Shown here in pieces: positions 49,512-60,753 of a stretch of 64,000 bases of DNA. Within the stretch, counting starts at the first letter, position 1; the number at the start of each line of letters is the position of its first letter. Source of the stretch: Lepidodermella squamata (taxonomy: Eukaryota; Animalia; Gastrotricha). The position numbers and the translations under genes were made by a program. The stretch covers positions 992,001-1,056,000 of the forward strand of contig JBLDXI010000020.1 in assembly GCA_047495785.1 (NCBI GenBank). The letters run 5' to 3'. The notes under the pieces were generated by a model. It saw only the letters and a program-made list of their open reading frames with translations. It searched no databases and was not told the DNA's origin.

Positions 49512-52147
49512 GCGATGTGTTATTATTGTGAAAATATATACGCGGTGCTGCACGCGATGCCTTAAAAACATTCGAATATATGCGCGCTTCGAACGATTGT
49601 TATTGCTGGGCGCGCCTCGCACGCCTCACAGGCCATCACAGCCTGCTGTATGGCATAAAAAGCTCGCGAGCGTTTATCTCGTCGAATTCGCGCGAGCGCG
49701 CGCAGTTTTTGCAGCGCCGTAACTTTCATCCGAGTTGTTGTTTTATGTTTACCGCACGGCTGGCAGCGGGCGATTTTGCTCGCGGTGGTTAATGTTCTGA
49801 GCCGCGCCTCGGGCCGAACCGCGTTATACAGCAGGCCGCTGAGCAGCCGCTTTTGTTTAGGCGCCGACAACGCTACAACGGTGCATTTTCACAGAGGCAA
49901 TAGTGGAAATAAAACTGAAATAGTTTTTATTGTATTTATTTACCTTGATAGAAATAGAAATCGTATTATTTACGCCATAGATATACAGTGGGTGTGTGTC
50001 TTATTCTTGCTGATCTGCGTATTTGAGGTGGATGCAAAAATCGCTGCCGAGAGCCTGAGTCTGGCCGGGCATTAACGCGATATGATAGCACATAGCCGTA
50101 GACAATGGGAGCTCATCTCGTTTCGCCGACTTACGCGCTGACCTATCAAAAATGAAGCCTGTCCGCCCTCACTTTATGCCTTTCGTTGCATCTCGCATCC
50201 CTGCTACACACGCACAAGTATAGGTATCATAAGCACGAGCGAACGATGATGGTTACACTGAAAACAAGCCTGTGGCTGCTACGTACACCGATCGGCCTGA
50301 AATGAAACGGACGTTGGGCACTCGCAAGAAAACAACACCTGGTATCATTACGGGGCGTTTGCTGATTCTCGCACAATCTCCTCTTCATCAAAATAGTTAA
50401 TTTGGTAAAAACGGTCGCACAAAAAAAGTCCCGCCCAATCAATTACAGGCCCTCATTTCGCCTGTTTTTGGTGCTTTGCTTTAATTTTTTATAGCAGCAT
50501 AGCATGCGCAGTTGGGAATTTTTTTCAATAATAACACTTTTCGGGTTCAAATTGAATTTAGTCCCCCGCACACGCATGCACAATGGCCAGCGTTTTTTAT
50601 TGTGTTTTTCCGCGCCATTCGCACTTGACCGATTTTTCTATACACTTACGAAAAGGATGATGACCGCAGCATGACAGCAGCGTAGAAATTCACAATGGTT
50701 CAATTACCTTACATTTTTATATAGCCATTTACAATGATGTGTGACAAATTTCCAGAACGGCCAAGTGCACATCGGTTATGATGAATTGATTTTTTTCTAC
50801 GATGGATTTTTTTCGAAAATTATTGCAATATGCATTTTTCAGGGCTGGCTATGATTGGCGCTGAGCTTTTATTATGGCATGCTGCCAATGTGTTTATATT
50901 TACGCATAATTATAAAAACAGGCGTTACTCGTCCTTTGTCTTTCCCGATGCGACATGAATTTTCGCTGTCGCAGCGCGTATAATAATGCAGTATTTATTT
51001 ATTTATTTATTCATTAAATTGTTCATATGTGTGTTGATTTTCAAAGCCAGTCGTGCATGGCGCCCGGGTATGGTTTAAAATGCATCGCATGTCGTTAGTC
51101 GCCTAGGCTAAGCAACTATCTTATTCGCGCCTTCAAAAATGCCAGTCAAATCAGTTTCGCTATAATAATCATCATCAGCCATTCGGCTGTAGTCCGTGGT
51201 CTCTATGTTTTTCCCAGCGTCTTTATTCTTATATTCACACGTTATTGCATTACATTGGTATGCCTCTCTGATATCATGATTTCTAAGCCGCATAATCGCA
51301 GCCGTTCCGCGATTCTGAATGGCAAATTATTTATTGTCACTTTCATTATCGGTTAACAAAAAGCGAATAAATTCTCGTTCTTTTTTTTAGCAAAAATTCG
51401 AGCTATTGTCCTCCTTAAATAATGAGCTGTCTCGCCTCAATCATCGCCTAGGGACATTTTTTAGTGGGTCAATTGCGTTAAAAAAAATTGACAAGCTATT
51501 ACTATTTGTCTTTTTCAAATCTGCGTGATATTGTAATTTTTTAACCCATATTAGGACGCATCATAGGAAATTCCTATAATATTCGTTGGTAGGTATTTGG
51601 GTCATTTTATGAATTTCCGCATCATTTTCATCTTCCGCCTCGAAAGCGAGCGCATCACATGTATTTTATGATTTCTTTATATATAAATGTGTTAATTCTC
51701 GTTATTATTATTATTATACTTGTTGTTCATCGCAATGTTTTCCCGACATTGAACCCCAAACAACGAGCGATACATCGGTCATCGGCATTGTTGACTGATG
51801 GTTTATGAGTGAGTGGAAATTCGGCCGATATAATAATAATAATCGCCATCGCGATGCACGAGTATCGCGCAAAAGTATTGAAAAATCAGATGACGCCGAT
51901 TATCATTATTATTATTATGATTATCATTTCGTAAAATGAATCTATCTATCGCATCATTCAGAGCGGGCGCAGTTTTGCGCATTTATTATTATTATTATTA
52001 TTATTATTATCTTGACAACGTTGTAACAGCACGTTTTTACATTGTATTATGTATTAATAGGCTAAATATTGTGTTATATAGCATCGCAGAGCCGGCAAAA
52101 GGCGGGGTCCGGCGAGCGCGAGAAGCCAACAACAAATTTTATTGCAC

Positions 52148-52178
<31 letters not shown>
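52148..52178. repeat. (CAG)n microsatellite, non-coding, upstream of the nAChR gene
   Basis: gcagcagcagcag...caacag run. Confidence 0.9.
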
Positions 52179-53586
52179 CGAAAATTGTCATATTATTTTA
52201 CGATATTATTTATTGCCGCGGCCGCTAGCGCACGCCCGGCAAAGGCCGCCGCGCCACAGTTCGGCACTGTGATACATGATTATAAAATTTAAAAGATAGA
52301 TTATAAAACATGGCGAGCCGCAGCCGGCCGAAAAGAGGCCTCGGTGGATTTGTGACGCGCGTCGTGGCAGCAGCAGCAAGCATCACGAGCCGAAAAGCAC
52401 GACGCATTTTTATTACCTAGAACAATAATAATAGTTACGGCGCTACTGCTCTGTGTCGCAATGATAATGACTGTGGGGCGCGGGCCACAGCGGCGATCGA
52501 TTTATCGCTTGCGTTCAGGAGCCGAGTGCTTTGAGACTGCGCGCGTGTGCTGTCCGACTTCGAGCGACACATCCATACATACATACATACATATATCCCA
52601 ACATTATTATAGAGAGCAACAGTAGTCGTAGTCGTAGTAGTAGTAGTAGGAATAATCGGAAAACAGTACTGCGCGCGACAAACGGCTGGTTCTGCACCAG
52701 GCCCGCGCGCGCGTAGCCGCATCTCGGCCGGCAATTGTGGCGATGAGACGTGATGCTGATGCCGCGCCGCTGCTGCTGCCTCAGTGCGCCATGTTATTTT
52801 GCGCGCTGGCACTAAATCGCGCGCTCTTTCGGCCTCGCCGCTGCCGCTCACCACCGCATGCGCTCTCTCGCGCGCGCGCGACATTTTATCATTGCTACTT
52901 TTACTATTATTGCTGGATATTCTAACAGCAGGAGCACGCGATGAACAACGTCGCAGTAAGCGCACTTTGGACAACGACGACGACGGCGATTATTATTATT
53001 ATTATCATTTAACATTTTTACTATTATCATTTCCCAATAAAACACATCACAAGTCAGCTATGTGTGGTGATAGTAAAATATTTTTACAAAACTTCGTCCT
53101 CATCCATTTGTGTAGCAATAATGATTTTTTTCCCGAATTTTTTAATAGGATTAAATAATACGAAATATATTGGCGAAAAGTTTAGGTTTTTTTAATGTTA
53201 AATTTCGCTTCGAGTTGTTTACAATTCGACGAAACGCGACGTTGATCGTCGGTTGTGATATAGCTGATTGCTGATTGAGCCGCCGAGAAAATTAACGGCC
53301 GACGTCATTTGATCCGAAAACGGCGGCTAGCCACATTGGCGGCTGCCAGCGACCGTCACCATCAGCCTGATGCGCCGGCTTTGACGCGGCGGCACCTCAC
53401 CACGGCCTTGTTTTGTCAGTGCCATGCTGGCGCGTTCGAGTCTTTCTATACCTGCTGGTTGCTATAAAAAAGTTGCCTTTTCGATATCGAAAATCGATTT
53501 CGACCCGTTACAACTAACAACTCAAGTACTATTACGCTTATTAAATACCTCGACGCGTCAGCCGCTTCACAGTAGGCCGGCCTTCG

Positions 53587-56500
53587 ATGGCCTGCCCGAG
53601 CCGGCCGCGGTCGACCCACGGCGCCGGATCGACGGCGCGCCAACGCGCTACGGCGTTTGCTTTCATGACGCCGCTCATCAACCTGCTCATCATCATTCTC
53701 ATTGACACACTGATTATTCACACGCAGCCATGCGAAGCGGCGCCAGAAGAACAACGCCTCATCAAAGATCTCTTCGCCCATTATGACCCCAGGTAATATA
53801 TTATATAATTACATTTCAGAATCCATTTTCTATTTTGAATATTAGTGTTCGGCCGGTTTACAACGGTTCTCACAGCGTTTTAATTACATTCGGTGTCACC
53901 CTGGTCCAAATCATGGACATGGACGAGCGTAATCAAGTTTTGGTCACCAACGTCTGGCTTGAACACGTAATTACCTCTAATTTTACTGAATTTCGCAAAC
54001 AATGAGTGATTTTTTGTTTAGCTTTGGAAGGACGAAAGGCTGGTATGGAAACCGCACGAATACGGAAATATTACGCAAATTCGTATTCACCCGGGCAAAA
54101 TTTGGCTGCCCGACATTGTGCTGTACAACAATGCCGACGATTACACAACCGGTTATCTAGCCGTGAACGTCGTGCTTTACAGCGACGGCGACGTTTACTG
54201 GAGCCCTCCGGTAATTAAGCCGGCGAAATCACTTGGAACAATTATTTTATTCATTTTTTGTTGTTTCATAGGCGCGATTGAGGAGTTCCTGTAAAGTTGA
54301 CGTTACGCTGTTTCCGTTCGATAACCAAACATGTGAGATGAAGTTTGGTTCGTGGACGTACGAGAAGAGCCAGGTCGATATCAAGTACAAAAATTCCAAG
54401 GTGGACATTTCCAACTACGTGTCAAACGGCGCGTGGAACGTCACCGGCACTGACATCGTTCGAAACGAAATCAAATACCCGATCAGTGACGCGCTGTACC
54501 CGGACGTCACCGTCTACATCTACATGAATCGACGTGTCCTTTATTACGGTAATTTTTTTAATAATTTGCGAAAAAAATAAATTTAAGGAGGATTTTTTAA
54601 TATTAAATTTGCATATTTAAATTGTTAATTCTTCTTTTTCAGTACTCAACATCATCTTCCCGTGTCTCTGGCTCAATATTCTAAGCCTTCTTCCTTTCTG
54701 CTTGGTGAGTGGACGGCGTGAATTTTAGTTTCAAAATCGATATTTGATATATTTTTAGCCTCCCGATTCCGGCGAGAAGATTACGCTCGGTATAACTGTT
54801 CTGCTGTCGTATTCCGTGTTCACTTTGCTCATCGCCGAAAATATGCCAGAAACGTCAGAATTTGTTCCCCTCATAAGTGAGTTTCGTTATAATGACTTTC
54901 CGCTCGGTTTTTCCGGTCGCGTCCAAGCGGCAATATACATGATTGTTGTTATTCTTCCCATCATGGTCTAGATGCTTTTTAGCGCGTATGCACTGGCCAG
55001 TTGTTGCAAAATTTTCCTACCAGCTAGATGACGCGTGCGCGCGCGCGTCGCTTAACGGCGCCGATGCCGATGCGCGCTCGGTCATCGCGAGCTGCTTATT
55101 ATTTTAGGAATATAAAATTATTGTCGCTTCGCAAATGCGTTTTTCAGTAATCTTCATTATTTCGTCACAAGTTGCCTCGTGAGCGCGCCTCGACCGACCC
55201 GGCCGGCCGCGGTCTCCAGGGACAGACCACCGGTTTTGATGCGCGTGGCCACTGTTTTTGCGCGCTTGCAGGCTCACCGCACGCTGGATCAATTTTTTTT
55301 CGCGCTTCGTGTTAACATCAGCAGAGTGTCATCCGGCGTTTCAAAAACACACACACACATGTCGCTACGAATAATAGCTATGATGACGATAATAATAACA
55401 ATAATACCCGGCTGATGTTTCTATTTTGTTTATTTATTTATTTATACGCCGGGCCAGCGTCGCCCCAGCGCGACTTTGCAGGCAAATTTCGGCGGCCAGG
55501 TCGCGGTTTAAAAGCGTGTACCGAGCAAGATGTAACACGGTAGGGGAAAAAAAGCAAAAAATCGCCCTATAATTAATTACCATATGCGCATTTCTGCTCA
55601 AATTATTATCGCCGGTGCAAAATCAGTGCCTTAAAGTTACTCGGACTCGATGAATCATCAACCGCAGTCACAATATCCAGAAATTACAATGCGAGTCTGA
55701 ATTCCGAGTAACAGAATTTATATGGTAAAAGCAATTTTGATGATCATTTATGTAAGAGCTTCAATTCTACTGCTTCCCTGTCGTTTAAGACTAAGCACCA
55801 CTCTTACATAAAATTAAATATAATAATAATAAAATGATAAAATATAATACTGCGAGTACAAAAAATCGGAAACATGACCTTAAAAATTGGGTTCTTGAAT
55901 GAAAATGTCATTGAATCCATGCCAGTAGATTATTTAGATCGATTACATTGCTATTTTATTCCCGTTCCAGTTTTCCTAGGGAAAATGGCTTAAATCCTTA
56001 AATTTCGTTGAAACCTGAGATAAGATCATTCTAGATTGTCGCTTTTTTGATGAGAATAGCCTTATTCGGAATGAGGACGTTATTTTCAGTATTTTGGTCT
56101 TCAAGTAATCTATGGTCTCTTGAGTGAGAAAATCCCACCAGTTGGTATGAGTATACGCGCATTTTTAAGAGCTAAATGAGTAGGCGGCGTATAATAATGA
56201 AGACTTTTAAGACAACTAGCGCGTTTATTTATTATTTTTTCTAGGTCAATGTTCTCAGATAAGGAAGGCCGCTAAAGTGACCCAGTTTTGAATCTAAAAT
56301 ATTATTGCAATCGCATATAAAGGAGGTTACTAACTGACCTAGTTTCGCAATAATTATTGATGTTGCTAGAGATTGAAGTGAAAGCCATGCGCAATATTGG
56401 CGTTAAGACTGACCGGAAAAACGAGTGAAATTTGTTTGAAAATTTTCAAATTAATTTAATGCGATTTACCTTTTTTTCTCAGGCGTGTATCTCACGGTTT

Positions 56501-57486
56501 CCATGTCGGTTACTGCGATTTCTGTCGTGATGACAGTGTTCGTACTCAAAATCCATCACGTCGGCCCGCACCCGCGCCGCGTTCCTGCCTGGGTGCGGCG
56601 CTGGATCATCAAAGGCGCCGGTCAACTGCTCCGCTGCGAGTTCTCTTGCGGCAAAATGATACCTCGTCGCGAACGGCCTTCGCTCTACAACATGTCACCG
56701 GCGCTGCACCACCACAGCGGCGCCTTCAGCACGTCGCAGAGCGGCGGCGGCGTCGGCGCCAACCTGGCCGGGGTCGGCGCCGCCTCTGCCGCCCTCGCGC
56801 CGCCCACCGGCGACTTCGTACACATGGAACGCACGAACAACGAGGTGTGTCTGCGGCTCGTCAACTCGTACACAGCCTCGCCAGACATGTTCGCGTCGCA
56901 CCTTCAGCACCCGCAGATGATGGCGACGACGGGCTTCAACGACGGGCCCAGCGAAGACCTCGTCGACCCGGTTCTCGTCGATCGCATGTCGCCAGACCGC
57001 CAGAGTCAACACAGCCGGTCGATGCCGCAGCAGCAGCAGCAGCAGTCGACGAAGCGGCACGGCTCGCCGCCGTCGCCCGTCTGGCGGCCGCGCTTCGAAC
57101 GCGGCCCCGCACCCGCGATGACGCCGACCGGCGCCGGTAGCCCGCTGCCGTCCGCCTCGTACCACCACGGCCTGCACCACCAATCAGGAGCGCCGCCGCC
57201 TCCGCCCGGGTCCGGTCACACGCCCCGGGTGCTGGTGCACCAGCCGTCGTCGTCCGCCAGCGAGACGACGCGGCAGCGCCAGTCAACGGAGCGGCTGTTG
57301 TCCGAGATCGTGGCGTTCCTGCGGATATTGATCGCCAAGTCGGACGAGACCGAGTCGAAAAATGCGATGGTCGACGAGTGGCGGCAGGTCGCCGAGGTCG
57401 TCGACAAGTTCCTCTTCTTTGTCTTTCTGTCGGCCACCGGTTGCTTCGTCAGCTACTTCCTAGTGTTCGTGCCGCTGCTGACGTGA
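53587..57486 (+). CDS. Nicotinic acetylcholine receptor subunit, alpha9/10-like clade but non-alpha (no loop-C vicinal Cys), cation-selective; 7 exons
   Basis: [28 protein letters not shown], Cys-loop [21 protein letters not shown], loop [14 protein letters not shown]2 [18 protein letters not shown]4 [14 protein letters not shown]. Five short introns plus a ~1.6 kb intron before the last exon. Confidence 0.92.
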
Positions 57487-59337
57487 TGAAGATAGTACGA
57501 GATAGCCGTCTGTTACATTTCTTATAAAAGCGCAAGATTGAGACACGCAGGGAAACAACAACAAACAACAACACCACCATTCAACTCCTAAAATTTCGGG
57601 GAAATATCAACACTGCCTTGATTCGGTCGAGAGAGAGCGACGCCCCATTTTTTTCACTTTCATTGGTGCATTCAAGTGTCGTCCAAGTTCGATGATGGAA
57701 AGCAATGCGAGCTGAACGCTGACTGCTGATCGAAAAAAGCTGCAGCTATCACAAGAGCGCGATCATGTTATTAAGGAGGACTTTTTTCATGTTTGAGTGT
57801 CATAATTCCAGTCGGCCTGCGTGACCTGGATGCACCGTCTCAAAAAGTGGGCTAATTACATAGCAGAAACTGGCACTGATTTAAACCACGCAAGTTCCTT
57901 CTACTAAAGCCAGCTCAAATTCTCGAGATGAGAAGCCAAACTTTCCCGCTTCTTATCTTCTGACAGTTATGATGGAACATGACATATATCATCTATCTTA
58001 CTACGAATCCTCGAAGCCATTTTACAATGTAACGTAAGAATTAATTGCTAGATTTAATTTTACGAGTAGTCTGACGGGTCGATTTTTATCACACTGCGCA
58101 TTTTTAGCCCGCTTTTATGCTCTAAATCCAATACATTTTTTTCGCGACAAAATTATAAACGATTGATCGATTATATTTGCAACAGAGTTTACGTTATTAC
58201 TTTCCGTTGATTTCTCTCTGTCTCGCTCTCTGATATCTGGCAACTATTTGATTTTTTTTCAACAACTAAACGAACGAACTCCATTGTAAAAAGATGATAT
58301 TCATGATAAATTTCCTAAATTTTATAAAATGACTCTGTAAATAATTGCTGGAATAACCGTGTACATAGTCGCTTTTAAGACAAGAGATATCGTTCGCTGG
58401 GTTGAATTTTATTTTGCCTCCAACTCACTCGTTGAACAGGAAAAACCAAGAACCACTCAAGTCTCAAAGATGGTTGATAACTTGATATCACTTGTACAAA
58501 GTGAGCTCCATAGAAATTTCTGAACTGAGCTAAACAAATTCTGTACTACGATGATGTGTACCATAGCAAATCTTTTCTTCATATCTCCAAAATGAACGTT
58601 TAATTGAGTATATATCTTATATATTTGTGGTTGGTTTTATGAACGATGAATATGATGCTGGCTAAGTTGCGATGATCGATGATGATGATCAAGAAATGAA
58701 TCTTATACACACAGCTATTTGTTTATATTTGACGGGATGCGATTTAATAATAACAAGATGAAGAATAAATGAAATAAAAATATGAAATCGAGTGTTGTTT
58801 TTACGCGATGAAAACAACTGATCTTGGAGGCCCACCTGGATGCACTGCAGTTTAGACCCAGACAAGACAACCAAGATGAGAATAATTGCCAAAACAGAGA
58901 AAAATAATAGCTAATTTCAGCAATTTACATTCCGGCGTCAACTGCTGAGGAACTTGGAGATTTCGCAAGCCAAATGCGCAAAAAGCCGAGAAAAACCAAT
59001 AATTGATGCAAGAATCGCTGCTAGCCAAAATGTGGAATTCGCGAAATAAAAAGATGTATCAAAATACTCGTCGAGACCGTGATAGCCGAAGTAACCGAAT
59101 GAAAAGCATATTTTTATTATTTCGTCCCGATTCCGTTTGAGGGGCGATCTCTGACATACTTCCAACTAACGACGGCACTGTCGATAAATAGGTCGAAGAT
59201 GGACACGCAAATTGAGAAAGGAAATGATCTGTTGGTGACTTCAGGGACTCAACAAAGCAATTGACTTTAATTGAACATGGAAAAAGTAATCATTATCAAT
59301 TAAGTATGTTCAAGAAGGGGCTACAAAAGCGAGTATA

Positions 59338-59837
59338 CAGTGCAACTTCGTTATAACGAACCACTACGGTGCCACCTAAAAACGTTCGCTATAAGCGAAG
59401 TTCGTTACAAACGAAGTAGAGAAATTTAAAAAGTTTTTGGAACATCCCAATTTTCAGGATGGCTCGGCTTAAGAAGGGTCAGAAATAGAGTCTAAATGCT
59501 CATACAAGAGCTCGTCGAGTTCTTTCTTCTTCAGTAGCATGATTAAATCGTAATGGATCATAAAATTGAATCCCCAAAATAGATGAAATACGTGAAATTT
59601 GCGAGTATAAGCGCGCGCGAGACCCAAGTTCGCTATAAAACAATGTAAATATCATGCGTAAAGCTGCCGCAGAGCCACTCAGAATCGTTCGTTATAGCCA
59701 AAAGTTCGCTACAAAAAGTTCGTTATAAACGAGGTTGGCAACATGTATAAGTGCGCCGTTTGGCTCGTGCCACTCATTTTTGTTCGTTATAGTCGAAGTT
59801 CGCTATAAGACCGGTTCGTTATAACAAAGGTGCACTG
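59338..59837. mobile_element. Non-autonomous Tc1/mariner-type (pogo/Tigger-like) MITE, 500 bp
   Basis: Terminal inverted repeats CAGTGCAACTTCGTTATAACGAACC / GGTTCGTTATAACAAAGGTGCACTG (23/25 match), flanked by TA on both sides. About 10 internal TTCG(T/C)TA(T/C)A sub-repeats. No transposase ORF. Confidence 0.9.
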
Positions 59838-60247
59838 TATTCGCCCAGAAGTTTGTAATTATGAGACGTCACATTCACCCGTAATCGAAAACTCAGCCGC
59901 TTCTCTATTGAAAATTAAGGGACGATGCATCCGGTCTACACCGACCTTACCGATGGTTGCGCCATTTTCACTTAGTCAATTCATAATCGAAAGTTATTTA
60001 TTCTTCAACATTTTCCTGCTTGCCCATTTACATTTCAATTACCAAATATATGAGCCTCCACCCGGCTTTGAACCCGGCATTATCGCCTCTCGTCAGTATT
60101 CTATGGACAACAGATCCCCGACGGTTGGCAAGTAAATTATTAATCAGCATTAGACACTAGATCTTAACCTTGTTTGCATGAGTAGCAATCACCGATAATA
60201 TAAATCGGTTTCAATAAATCGGCCAGGAAGATATTGACGTTACATGG

Positions 60248-60470
60248 TGCGAAAGTTTGCACGATCGATGATATAGCTATTCGCATTCGGCGAGAAACTC
60301 TGGCGAGATTGAAAAGCTGGGTGAGATGAAATCCGGATATGATTGATTTCGAGGAACACGCTTGGCAACCGGTGCATGTTTTGGTGGAGATTCGAAAACA
60401 AAAATTGTAGCCAACCCCGCAATTTTTCCTTTCTTCCTTCGATGTTTGATTTAAAAATACATTTTTGCTT
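60248..60470 (+). promoter_or_regulatory. Conserved upstream non-coding block shared with 15958-16215 (candidate promoter/5' region of both mosaic-lectin paralogs)
   Basis: Blocks such as gagattgaaaag..ggtgagat and ggtggagatt.gaaaacaaaaattgtagcca.ccccgc occur upstream of both ATGs. Confidence 0.55.
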
Positions 60471-60753
60471 CGACTGTAATATAGCGCACTGTCTTCATAT
60501 TTTTTCGCTTTGGGCCGAAGCAATCTACCGTGAAATTTGAGCATTCAGTCAGGCAGCCTTGAAACTAGAAAACCAGGTTCCTAAAGAAACGAAAGTTGGG
60601 AAATGGGGAAAATATTCCCACGCTTGCGATATTCGCAAGAGGCGCTTTTGTATTAGGACTCAATTTCACTTCATTCATTTGCTCGATCTATACATAAAAT
60701 ATAGACTCTTACTCGAATATAATTCATACAATTATAAGCTGAGCTTACACTGT

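Noticed and set aside
49070-53160. Numerous 60-180 aa ORFs with polyY, polyQ, polyT or polyS
   Set aside because: Products of microsatellites and GC-rich non-coding sequence, with no domain or splice support.
56646-57437. Several overlapping alternative-frame and antisense ORFs
   Set aside because: Expected by-product of the GC-rich nAChR last exon.
59345-59830. Regularly recurring TTCGTTATA motifs that could suggest a CRISPR-like array
   Set aside because: Eukaryotic context, short irregularly spaced repeats enclosed by TIRs, no cas genes; explained as a MITE.
60051-60090. tRNA-like T-arm/acceptor fragment on the minus strand (ccgggttcaaagccgggtggaggctca); similar fragment near 37095
   Set aside because: No matching 5' acceptor strand, D-arm or anticodon arm. 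At most a tRNA/SINE-derived remnant.
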